From IMG/VR virus record IMGVR_UViG_3300038455_000034, positions 1 to 54,415 of that record: a DNA stretch of 54,415 nucleotides; one strand, written 5' to 3'. The stretch comes from a virus. The notes under the pieces are model-generated. The model did not search any database and had not been told where the DNA came from. It saw nothing but the letters and a program-made list of their open reading frames with translations. The translations under genes were made by a program, and so were the position numbers. Shown piece after piece: positions 6,893-17,100 of the stretch; position 1 is the first letter of the stretch; every line of letters begins with the position of its first letter.

Positions 6893-9802
6893 ATGGCCGC
6901 ACAACTTCTCGTAGGGACGACGACCGAAAACACGACAAGCGCCAGTGCGTCTTACTTCACCCTTAGCCGTTTCCAGGCGTCGCAGAGCAAGACCGGCGCG
7001 ACAGAATTTCGTGTCTGGTCCGCCGCCAGCGGCTACGTGAAGGTCGCGGTTTACGCCGACAGCTCCGGGGAGCCAGGCTCACGCCTCGGCTACAACAACA
7101 CCCAGCAGGCCGTCGTATCGGGCTGGAACACCCTCACGGTGTCAGCTTGCGACATCGTCTCGGGGACGTACTACTGGCTGGCCGTCAATGGCAGCGCAAG
7201 TGGGTGTTTCCGGCGGTCCTCATCCGGGGGCACCTATCGGTACAAGTCCGGGACGTTCTCCAGCTTCACGTTCCCTGATCCTGCGGGAACCGGATTCTCC
7301 TCGGCGTCGTACTACGCATCGCTGGGCGTGTGGGGAGAGGTGTCGAGTGATGTCACGGGCACGGGCTCCCCCTCGGCGACTGCCGCCACGGCCAGCGGAG
7401 CTGGCACCGAGACCGTGCCTGGTACAGGCGCACCCTCGGTTGCAGCTGGTACGGCCAGTGGCTCGGGGACGGAAACGCTGCAGGGCTCTGGGGCTGCAAA
7501 CACTACGGCCGCCACGGTCTCCGCTTCTGGGCAGGAACTCTCACAGGGCACAGGAGCGCCACAGACGACGGCGGCCGAGGCAGCGGCGACAGGCACCGAG
7601 CGGGTAGATGCGAGCGGCGCCCCAGCCGTGGAACCGGCGACCGTAGCGGCGACCGGCACAGAAACGATGAGCGGCACGGGTGCAGCGGCGGCTACGGCAT
7701 CCACGGCTAGTGGGTCATCCGCCGTGGTCTGCCAAGCCGCAGGGGAGCCCACTGCGGTAGCCGCCGAGGCGTCGGGCTCCGGGCAACAGGCCATTGATGC
7801 CGTCGGGACGCCAGCATGCGAAGCCGCCACGGTCAGCGGCACCGGGACCGAGACAATGCAGGGAACGTGCGCCCCAACAAGTGCCGCAGCAACCGCACAG
7901 GGCAGCGGCGTAGTGGGCGAAGAGTCCGTCACGGGTACAGGCGCAATCTCCGCGACGGCCGCGACGGTCGATGGGGCCGCCATCGTAGCGATATCTGGGA
8001 CGTCTGCGATAGACGGTGCCGCAGTCATTGTTGCTGCCAGTGGCTCAGCGATTGTCGCAGGCGCTGGAGGCAGCGTTGCGGCGGCGGCGAGCGCGCAGGG
8101 TGTTGGACAGGAAACGGTCGCGGGTACGGGCGCCTCCTCCGCCACGTCTGCCACCGTTAGTGCGGCCGGCATCGAGGCGGTACAGGGGACAGGCTTCCCC
8201 TCGGCAGCAGCCACTACGGCGAGTAGTGTCGGGATCGAGACCGTGCAAGGGACTGGCCTGGCCGAGAGTTCATCCGCCACTGCGCAAGGTAGCGGAGCGG
8301 TTGGCGACGAGGATGTCACGGGTACAGGCGTGGTCTCTACGATGGCCGTCATCGCAAGTGGAGCGGGGACCGTAACGATCGCGGCAACCGGGGCAGCCTT
8401 GAGCGCGTCCACCATTGCGTCTGGCAACGGCCTGGTAGGGGTTGAAGGAGTCACGGGCGCCGGGTCATTAAGTACTGCTCCTGCGACGGCGACAGGTGCC
8501 GGATTGGTAATAACCGCCGGGACGTTTGCGGCCAGCGCGATGAAGGCGCTAGCGAGCGGAGTCGGCAGAGTATACTTCGTGTGGCCGTTCCGCCCTGACG
8601 GCGACATGATCGAGTGGCTGGAATGGCACACCGAGGTGATCCGATGCGGGTCAACGGAGCAACGGCATTGCCACCGGCCGCTCCCGCGAATGGGGTTTCA
8701 GCACAAGTACATGCTTCACAGCCTCGACTTTGCGAACGCCGTCGGTCTGGCACGGCAACTCAGCGGCGGAACGCAGGTCTGGGTGCCGGACTGGCCGAAT
8801 CTGGAAGACGTCGGAGACGTCATGCTCGGGCAGACGGTGTTTGCCATTGATCCGGCGATGGTTCCAGCCTACGTCGCAGGCGGAATGCTGTTGGTCTGGC
8901 AGCTCAACAACCGCATCTGGGAGGCGTGCACGATCACGGACGTCGTCACCACGCCGAGCCCCTACGTTGAAGTTGAAGCCACCATCGCAGCATATGAGAA
9001 TGCCACCGTGGTCCCGATGCGGCTGGGCCTCATGACCGAACCCTTAGCATCGGACCGCGAAACGGCCATCAGCGACAACTCAGGGCGGTACGTGCACGCG
9101 TCGGCCGGGTTCACGTTCGACGTGACTGAGGACCTGTATCCAACCTGCGGTGCCGGACTGTCGTACCCAAGCTATCCGACCTGGGGCTCCGTGAGATTTC
9201 CCATCGTGACCGATTCGGTCGAGTTGATCGGAGGCGTGCGCGACGCGATTTCACGCGAGACGGAGGAGATGGACGGAGCCGGGGGCCTCGTCATCACTCC
9301 CGTGACCACCGCGGCCGATCGTAGCTTTGCAGTGGCGTGGCACAGGCGGACCCGTGCCGAACTATGGACGCTGCGCTGTTGGCTCCACTCCATCAAGGGA
9401 CGGCAGAAGGGTTTCTGGATCCCGTCGCACAACGAGGACGTGTACGTCACCGACACGATCACCTCGGGCGACACCACGATCGAGATCTTGGACAGCAACT
9501 TCTCGGCGAGCACCACGTTCCCGATAGACATCCGCATCGAGCACAACTTGGCTGGGGCGACGCTGGCTGCGCGAGTGACTGGCGCATCCGCAGGAAACCC
9601 AGGCTTCATCTTGCTGCAACTATCCGAACCGCTGACATTTCCAGGCTCTCCGTGGGCACCGACGGACATCGCGCGGACTTCACTTCTCATCCTGTCGCGC
9701 CTCGCAAGCGACCGTGTCGAGATTCAGCACCGGCCTGGGCGCTCCGCCGACGTGGCAATCAACACGATCGAGAGCCCGAACGTACCGGAGACTCCCTCAT
9801 GA
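6893..9802 (+). CDS. Large tail protein: N-terminal beta-sandwich-like domain, about 19 tandem 21-aa Ala/Thr/Gly repeats, C-terminal distal-tail (Dit/GTA-like) domain
   Basis: 969-aa ORF directly after the tape measure and the small protein. The C-terminal part (..FVWPFRPDGDMIEWLEWHTEVIRCGSTEQR..) resembles the distal tail proteins of GTA-type tails. Confidence 0.6.
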   Translation: MAAQLLVGTTTENTTSASASYFTLSRFQASQSKTGATEFRVWSAASGYVKVAVYADSSGEPGSRLGYNNTQQAVVSGWNTLTVSACDIVSGTYYWLAVNGSASGCFRRSSSGGTYRYKSGTFSSFTFPDPAGTGFSSASYYASLGVWGEVSSDVTGTGSPSATAATASGAGTETVPGTGAPSVAAGTASGSGTETLQGSGAANTTAATVSASGQELSQGTGAPQTTAAEAAATGTERVDASGAPAVEPATVAATGTETMSGTGAAAATASTASGSSAVVCQAAGEPTAVAAEASGSGQQAIDAVGTPACEAATVSGTGTETMQGTCAPTSAAATAQGSGVVGEESVTGTGAISATAATVDGAAIVAISGTSAIDGAAVIVAASGSAIVAGAGGSVAAAASAQGVGQETVAGTGASSATSATVSAAGIEAVQGTGFPSAAATTASSVGIETVQGTGLAESSSATAQGSGAVGDEDVTGTGVVSTMAVIASGAGTVTIAATGAALSASTIASGNGLVGVEGVTGAGSLSTAPATATGAGLVITAGTFAASAMKALASGVGRVYFVWPFRPDGDMIEWLEWHTEVIRCGSTEQRHCHRPLPRMGFQHKYMLHSLDFANAVGLARQLSGGTQVWVPDWPNLEDVGDVMLGQTVFAIDPAMVPAYVAGGMLLVWQLNNRIWEACTITDVVTTPSPYVEVEATIAAYENATVVPMRLGLMTEPLASDRETAISDNSGRYVHASAGFTFDVTEDLYPTCGAGLSYPSYPTWGSVRFPIVTDSVELIGGVRDAISRETEEMDGAGGLVITPVTTAADRSFAVAWHRRTRAELWTLRCWLHSIKGRQKGFWIPSHNEDVYVTDTITSGDTTIEILDSNFSASTTFPIDIRIEHNLAGATLAARVTGASAGNPGFILLQLSEPLTFPGSPWAPTDIARTSLLILSRLASDRVEIQHRPGRSADVAINTIESPNVPETPS
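7343..8573 (+). repeat. About 19 tandem, degenerate 63-nt (21-aa) coding repeats
   Basis: The unit GTGxxSxTAATASGSGTETVx recurs in the translation. It also generates a 439-aa antisense shadow ORF. Confidence 0.85.
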
Positions 9803-10614
9803 CAGACGACTTCGTCACGCAAGAGCTGTCGAACGAGGACGGGGCTCCGATCATGCTATTCGAGTTTGCTCGTGGGGCAACTACCTGGCGCTACGCCGCC
9901 TTCCCGATCGACGTCGTGCGTACTGATACCTTCACGGCATGCCCAGGGCTGACGTGCGACACTATGATTCTGAGCGGGAAATCGACCCAGCAGGACCAGA
10001 CGATCAAGCTGCCATTGACAAATCCACTGGCGCTTACGTTCATGGGCATCCGGCCCGATCTGGTCACCACAATGACCATTTTCCGCACCCACTATGGCTA
10101 CACAGCCCGCCGGGAAGTGTGGGATGGCTATATCACCGACAGTGCAATCGATCTCGACGGGGTCAAGCTCACGGGGAAGAACGTCTCAGGCTACTCACAG
10201 AATCAGGTAAGTTCGCATTTTTTTCAACGCAACTGCCCTCACCAATTCGGCGGCGAGGGCTGCTTCGTAACCATCCCAGCCGGATCGACATTCTTTGCCA
10301 CAGGAGCTGTTGGATCGGTGGTGACAATCACAGACCTGACAGGTTCATGGTTGCGTGGGACCCTCACTTACGCAGGCATTCGGTCCACCATCACCGCGCA
10401 GACTGAAAACAGCGTGACCATGATTCGTCCGATCGTACAGCTGATTACCGACATGGTTGCGAACCCGGAAGGACCGTTCACCGTGGAGCTCAATGTAGGT
10501 TGTGACAAATCGCTCGCGACGTGTGCCACTCACAATAACGTGGGCAACTTTGGCGGGTGCTACGGCATTCGGTACAAGAGCCCATTCGATGCAACCAAGA
10601 CGGTGTTCGTCTAA
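9799..10614 (+). CDS. Tail hub protein, lambda gpL-like (DUF2163 + BR0599-type Cys cluster)
   Basis: ATG 9799 forms an ATGA overlap. Motifs CPHQFGGEGC and CDKSLATCATHNNVGNFGGCYGI match the BR0599/gpL Fe-S-type C-terminus. Confidence 0.7.
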   Translation: MTDDFVTQELSNEDGAPIMLFEFARGATTWRYAAFPIDVVRTDTFTACPGLTCDTMILSGKSTQQDQTIKLPLTNPLALTFMGIRPDLVTTMTIFRTHYGYTARREVWDGYITDSAIDLDGVKLTGKNVSGYSQNQVSSHFFQRNCPHQFGGEGCFVTIPAGSTFFATGAVGSVVTITDLTGSWLRGTLTYAGIRSTITAQTENSVTMIRPIVQLITDMVANPEGPFTVELNVGCDKSLATCATHNNVGNFGGCYGIRYKSPFDATKTVFV

Positions 10615-13600
10615 TGTGGGTCGTTGAGTTATTGATCCTTGCCGCCGCGATAGGCACCGCTGTCTATAGCTACTATCAGACGCGCGAGCTACAGAACAGG
10701 CACGGAGAGGCTGGCAGGGTGCTCGTTCCAACCGTCGGCGAGGGAGTGCCGTGGAAAGTCGTCTTTGGCGACTGCGAAATCTCCGATGCTCACGTGATAT
10801 GGTGGGGGAATGCTCGGACTGTATGGTGGGACTTCATTCACAATCATCTCTATTATATCAGCATTCAACTTGGCATCTGCCACGGCAAACTCGACGAGAT
10901 CCTTGAACTGACCTATGGAGACGTACCAGTCGGTTCATTCCCAGTTGGCTTCACGGCCGATGGCGCCTGCAATATGCTGTTTCTCAACTTTCCCAAAGCG
11001 TGGTTGCAAGGGCTGCCAGACGATGCGATCACATTCGTTCTAGACAGTGTATGGTGGCGTGCGAGCGTGACCATGGGCGCGGTAAACACAGCTGGTACGG
11101 TAGATCCAGGCGACCATAGCTACGTCGGAGATCAGTTCGGCCTTGATCAATACCCCAGACACTACGGCCTAGCCACAATGACTCTCGAAGACGTCCTAAT
11201 TGGGACCAACCCATATCTGAGCACACTATCCATGCGCGTGCGCCGCATTCATTGGCGCAACGGCGGAGCTGATGCGCAGTGGTACGATGAAAAGGCAGAG
11301 GTCCCATCGTACGGCAAGGGGAGAGAGGATTTTTGGAAATATAAGGTCTTTTGGCCTGGCACCGAGACCATGCCAGCCATCACGCTGCCTGACTACGACG
11401 ATTCCGAGTGGTCGGTTGGGCGTGGCGGGTTTGGGAACAACCGCATGGGCAGTCCAACTGACTGGCGTGGTGCCGCGTGGAACGCGCCGACGTATCCCGT
11501 CCCACGCGTCTTGACTCAGCTCCCAGGGACCGACGCTACAACGAACACACCAGCGCAGGGAGACGCCGGAACCTTCTTCGTACACGAGCTGAGCGGCTAC
11601 GGTGCGCAGCTATGGCTGCGCGCAGACCTCGGGGCTCTACCTGCTGTCGACATACCTGTTCAATGCTGGCACGACGACAACCCGATCCTCTTCTTCAATG
11701 GGACTCAGATCCCGCTTACCGCTACCGAGACCGCATCTGACGCCGCCTATAGCCACTTCAACTCGACGGGTGCCATCCCAGCAAACCTTATCGAGACAGA
11801 CGGCCCAAATGTCATCGCCTATGGCGTGATGGACAGTTGGACGTGGCCTGACGAGAACGATGAGAGTTCCCGCAATGGCCTCCCTATACTGATCTATGCG
11901 GGAATCTCCGTCGGCATCGACGGAGAGCAACGCATGTCACGCAAGAATATGAACCCTATTCATGCAATCCGCGAGTGCTACACTGATACCATCTGGGGCA
12001 AGCGGCTACCTGATGCCAAGATGGGAGACACTTGGACGGCGGCGGCCGACACATGCTATTCCGAACGTCTCGGCATCTGCATGGTATGGGACGGAGGGGA
12101 TGTCGACCAGTTAATTTCAGAGCTTCTCCGCCATGTCTCCGGCGTCACATACAAAGACCCAGTCACTGGCAAGATCGAAATCAAGCTCTTGCGCGATGAC
12201 TACACCGTCGGCGACCTACCGGTGTTCGACGATACAAATGTTGTCAGGGTCGCCGATGTCAAGAACAAGACCACGGGCGCCCTGGTCAACAAGCTGACGG
12301 TCGGATTTTCGGCCACCCCAGGCGGCAGTACTGCCTCAATCACGGTCCAAGACGACGGTCTGATCGACTTGCAGGGTGGCATCAAGCCCGGCACCGTGGA
12401 ATACAAGGGCTTTACGGATGCAATCTCTGCTGGCCGTGCAGCCTGGCGCGATCTACAGATTACGGCAGGTCCCTATCGCGTCTGTACGGTGTATACGAAT
12501 CGTGACGGTGCTGAGCTGCGGCCCGGTGATCTGTTCGTGCTCAACAAGATCGAGCTTGGGTTATCCAACGCTGTCATGCGGGTCAACGATATCGAGCTAG
12601 GCGATGGCATCAAAGACGAATGCCGAATCACATGTGTTGACGATGTATTCGCACTTCCAGCGATCTCGCCCATCGGGCCTGGTGGCCCGATCTCGCATCC
12701 TCCTCCAGGTCGAACGCCAGGGCTCGCTCTTGACAACGTGTCATTCTGGACCACCCTCATGTTCGATCCGAGGAACGAAGGCATGGTTGAGTGTTGCTAC
12801 TTGACAACATACTTCGAGGCGTCGAATTGGGTCCAAACGTCACCTGGTTGCTTGGAATGGGACCTAGATGAAAGTATGCCAGTGTGGCAGCTCGGGTTCG
12901 ACGGAGTAGAGCCCGACGTCTACGCAGAGGGCGGCAGCCCGATGATAGGCGCGACGGTCTTTATCGGAGAGGGCGCCCCTAGCTCAGCTACGCGTGTCCT
13001 GGCTGGTCCATGGGTCATTGAGAACCTAGGCGGGCATTGGGAGAACTACGGAACTGAATCGCAGACGTGGGTCTGGGAAAAAGCACGCCTGCATCGGCAT
13101 CCAAGCTACTCTAGCTCCAGCGCGTTTTTCTACGGGATGACCTTTCAGATACGCCAAGGCGCTCATGCCCTGCAGTATTTCCGCCTAATGAGCCAATTCC
13201 CGATTCTTGACTACTCTGAGCAGAGCTGGACTGAAATCGATGTCGGAGACATTGATTGGCTTGACCTTCCGATGCTGCTATCTCAGAGCGAATTGGCCAC
13301 GTGGCAATGCCAGGCGAATCCTGGAATTGCAGTCGTTGCCGATGACGTCTCTGGCAGTGTGGATCTCAAGACGTTCTGGACTCTCTATTCTCCATACGGG
13401 AATAGCCCAGGTGTGGCGGCCATCGGTGCGGGTACCTGGCGGATCGCCATTGCGCCTGGGACGTATGCAGCCAACATCAGCGGAGAAAGTGTCGGTTCGG
13501 TTACTCGTCTGACGTTCACATTCTATCGAAACTCTGTGTCTGGTTCTCCCATCGCCATGTTGACCTCGGATCCAATGTCCGAGGAGGCAGATCCGTCCAT

Positions 13601-14147
13601 ACCATACCGGCTCGCGGTTCCAGATGTGGTGCTTGGCGAAATCCCCATGATGACCTATCCTGGCATCACAGATACTCTGGTAATGGTACTTGGCGTGACG
13701 ACCAACTCCACGTCCCCCATTACCGTGACAGTACGTTATAATGCCGCGAACGCAATCAAGGTATCAATTCCTCGCGGGGTTGTGCCTTCCGTGCTTGGTC
13801 CAGAAGATGAATCTCTGTTCGCCGTTGCGCTGTCGCCAGAGGGTTACTTGGCCGGCTTCGGCAAGCATCGCCGCCTACGCGTGATCGGAACTGGCCCGAT
13901 GACGGCAATAGAAAGCGTAGGAATCACCGGGAACCCGACGCTGCTGTGCGTTTTCGACTCGCCTATCACACTCGTACACGACCAGGGTAGCTTGCCAGAC
14001 TCGATGAGCGCGCTCTACATGAGCGTGCCAGCAGAAGGAGAATCCGGTAGCATCGGGACTTCGCAGGCATACAGTACGGCTCAGTTTACCCTACACCCAA
14101 CGCTCGCAAAGTGGCTCTGCACCGGAAAGTGGGATCCATCGCCATGA
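10614..14147 (+). CDS. Central tail fibre / host-specificity protein (lambda gpJ / GTA g15-like)
   Basis: 1177 aa from ATG 10614 (taATG overlap). It has an N-terminal TM-like helix followed by ..VPTVGEGVPWKVVFGDCEISDAHVIWWG.., typical of gpJ N-termini. It follows the gpL-like gene. Confidence 0.7.
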   Translation: MWVVELLILAAAIGTAVYSYYQTRELQNRHGEAGRVLVPTVGEGVPWKVVFGDCEISDAHVIWWGNARTVWWDFIHNHLYYISIQLGICHGKLDEILELTYGDVPVGSFPVGFTADGACNMLFLNFPKAWLQGLPDDAITFVLDSVWWRASVTMGAVNTAGTVDPGDHSYVGDQFGLDQYPRHYGLATMTLEDVLIGTNPYLSTLSMRVRRIHWRNGGADAQWYDEKAEVPSYGKGREDFWKYKVFWPGTETMPAITLPDYDDSEWSVGRGGFGNNRMGSPTDWRGAAWNAPTYPVPRVLTQLPGTDATTNTPAQGDAGTFFVHELSGYGAQLWLRADLGALPAVDIPVQCWHDDNPILFFNGTQIPLTATETASDAAYSHFNSTGAIPANLIETDGPNVIAYGVMDSWTWPDENDESSRNGLPILIYAGISVGIDGEQRMSRKNMNPIHAIRECYTDTIWGKRLPDAKMGDTWTAAADTCYSERLGICMVWDGGDVDQLISELLRHVSGVTYKDPVTGKIEIKLLRDDYTVGDLPVFDDTNVVRVADVKNKTTGALVNKLTVGFSATPGGSTASITVQDDGLIDLQGGIKPGTVEYKGFTDAISAGRAAWRDLQITAGPYRVCTVYTNRDGAELRPGDLFVLNKIELGLSNAVMRVNDIELGDGIKDECRITCVDDVFALPAISPIGPGGPISHPPPGRTPGLALDNVSFWTTLMFDPRNEGMVECCYLTTYFEASNWVQTSPGCLEWDLDESMPVWQLGFDGVEPDVYAEGGSPMIGATVFIGEGAPSSATRVLAGPWVIENLGGHWENYGTESQTWVWEKARLHRHPSYSSSSAFFYGMTFQIRQGAHALQYFRLMSQFPILDYSEQSWTEIDVGDIDWLDLPMLLSQSELATWQCQANPGIAVVADDVSGSVDLKTFWTLYSPYGNSPGVAAIGAGTWRIAIAPGTYAANISGESVGSVTRLTFTFYRNSVSGSPIAMLTSDPMSEEADPSIPYRLAVPDVVLGEIPMMTYPGITDTLVMVLGVTTNSTSPITVTVRYNAANAIKVSIPRGVVPSVLGPEDESLFAVALSPEGYLAGFGKHRRLRVIGTGPMTAIESVGITGNPTLLCVFDSPITLVHDQGSLPDSMSALYMSVPAEGESGSIGTSQAYSTAQFTLHPTLAKWLCTGKWDPSP

Positions 14148-17100
14148 GAAAACAAGCACTAGTCATCATCGTGTGGATTGCGTCCGTCCTATCTGCGGTT
14201 GACTCGCGCTACGCATGGACCGCAACTGTAACGACAGGGCACGACGGCACCCTGGGTAGCAGCGACATCGTCAAGAAGGATAGTACCACGGGGAAGGTTC
14301 GCTGCAGCCAATCTGCAGCCGGCCCTATTGTATACCTGCCCGGCAACCCCGATGGCGGCGTCCCGTTCGATCCATGCTCGACAGTGCATCTCGCCGCAAC
14401 CGACATTGGCACGAAGTCGCAGATACCAAACACTATCCCGATCAGGTGCGATGCTGGCACGATCTGTCTGGGCGACATGCCGCCCCTGCCAGAGACCGCG
14501 ACAGACGGTCTCATATTCACCGGTGTGGAAACGCTGACCGACACGGACACTATCACCGATACCAACACGGTAACGAATACCTCGACGGCAACCAACACGT
14601 CGACCGTGACCAACACGTCGACCGTGACCAACAGCATCACCGACACCAACACGGTCACGAACACGGTGACAGGAACAGCCCCAGCTACAAATACAATTAC
14701 GGGGACATCGACTTCAACTGAGACATCAACCAATACTACGACTGTCACGTCTACTGTGACGAATACCAATACAAATACGACGACTTCAACCGGCACGGTC
14801 ACGAGCACTGTAGGAAACGTCTATGCCGCTGAATACGGCGGCAGCATCTACATGCAGAGTGGAGGATCTGGCAATTTTAATGACTTGAGCCAGAGCACTA
14901 GAGATTGGGCCCATATGACTGTCTGCAACGGTAACGTCTACGCTGCAGTTTATAGTGGCGACATCTATATGCAGACGGGGGGTACAGGTAACTTCATTGC
15001 TCTCAGTCAGACCACGAGAAGTTGGACTGGTATGGCGTGCTTCGGTACCAACGTCTATGCTGCAACAACGGGCGACATCTATATGCAGACAGGGGGCACG
15101 GGGGACTTCGTGGCTCTCAGCCAACTTCTTACAAGCTGGGGTGCAATGACGGCCTGTAATAACAAAGTTTATGCGGCGACAGGATATAGTATCTATGTAC
15201 AGACTGGCGGGACGGGGAATTTTGTGTGGGCGTATGACATAGATAGTGAAAATGACATCTATGGAATGACGTGCAACGGTACAGACGTTTACGCCTCCAC
15301 ATCTAGCGGCGACATCTATATGCAGACAGGGGGGACGGGAGACTTCGTGGCCCAAAATCAAACGTCTCGTAATTGGGCGGGAATGACGTCGCTGAACAAC
15401 AATGTCTACGCTGTAGTATCCGAAGATGATATCTACCTGCGAACAGGTGGCACGGGGAATTTCGCGGCTCTCGGTCAGACAGCGAGGATTTGGTACGGGA
15501 TGGCCGCGCTAACTCAGACACAGACGGGGACAGCCACTCAGACAGGAACTGCGACCGGCACTCAGACGGCGACCGGTACAGCGACGCAAACCGGAACTGA
15601 GACGGCCACGCAAACTGGGACATATACGTACACGGAAACTGGCTCCAACACATGGACAGAGACGGGAACCCAGACGGTCTCCTACACCGCGACGGGGACG
15701 CAGAGCGGGACGGATACGCAGACGGGGACTCTCACGCAGACGGGGACGGCCACACAGACCGAGTCCAGCACCACCAGCTCGACGTCTACCCAGACTGCTA
15801 CCATGACAGTATGTGACATCCGCAACGAATGCACGATAGGGCAGTCGGCGACGATTGCGGTAGAATCCAATAGCGGGTTGAGCCTGCGTACCGGAACAGC
15901 GACAGCGACCTCCACAAGCGCCGAGCAAGGGAAGAATCCGGTGCTCGATACCCCCGGATTGCTCCAGGGTCCGACTGCGACGTGCACCGCGGGACAGGCC
16001 CTCAGTACTACTACGGACACGCGACACACGTCATGCGTGGACGTCAATACTTCGGTAAATACGCACGTCGCCGTGCTGCCCAATGCAACCAAGACCTTCA
16101 CCGCTACACTGACGGTATCGAAGACCGATATCGGGACTGCGACGCCGACGCCGAGTGCTATCCCAATTGCTGGGGCTGATACGGCAACGAGCACTGGTAC
16201 CGGATACGGTCTAAACGCTTGGGTTACCCATGCGACCGGCGATCTACGCATACCGTCGCTGACTACGAGCTACTTCCCGATCTGGAACGGAGCGACCTTT
16301 GAGAATTCCCGCCTATCGCAGTCTGGCTACATAATTAACGACGTGACCTTGGCAGCGTCTGGTAGTACCAGGCATCTCACTTATGCCAATCAATTAGCGG
16401 GGAATTTTGTTACGTACGGTCATTCAAAAAGCAACACGGAAACACTGTCGCCAACTAGCAACAATACTGAAGTAGTAGCGATGGACTTTGATCTGGTCAA
16501 CTCCAGTAGTGCGTGGGCGACGGCCGCCGTGTTACGGGTATACCAAGCTGGTGCTGGCGGGGCGACCTATGTTCCTGGCGCGTTCGAATTCTTGGTGGCG
16601 TCGTCATCAGGCGCTGCAGTACAGAGACTTGTGCTGGCTTCGTCAGGTAGTACGCTGACTGGGCATGCTACTGAAGATCTTGCCAAGAACTCTGTCAGTT
16701 GCTCGGGCAAAACAAAGGTGAACGCGACAGACGGTCAGATTACGAGTTGTACTGATGCGACGGCGACTGACGTAGGAGCGTCGAAAGTTTCTACTGCGGA
16801 AGGCGCCAATACTAGTAGCACCAAAACGACCGATGGGGCAGGAACCTGGCTAACAGTAGCGTCAGCATCGATTAACCCAGCGTCATCTGCAACTATCGTC
16901 GCAACTGCAAGTGCTTCTGTGACTGCTGGATATGATGATACTGAATGCTATATCAGAACAACTATTGACGGTTCTGGGGCGTTCGGGAATCCGTATGTGC
17001 GCGGGGTTGCTAATTACACCGTCTTCACGCCTTATGCAAAGGTAGCGCGAACAACTGGAGTGTCCGGTTCCCACACAGTGGATTTGCAACTCAAGGATAG

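Noticed and set aside
7343-8573. Diversity-generating retroelement target (variable repeat) in the tail protein
   Set aside because: There is no reverse transcriptase anywhere in the genome and no separate template-repeat copy. The variation is among tandem units rather than adenine-specific differences between two copies.
7312-8631. 439-aa minus-strand ORF antisense to the repeat region of the 969-aa tail protein
   Set aside because: It is a shadow ORF created by the Ala/Thr/Gly codon repeats. It has no RBS, is fully antisense to a gene whose flanking domains are clearly structural, and has low-complexity composition.
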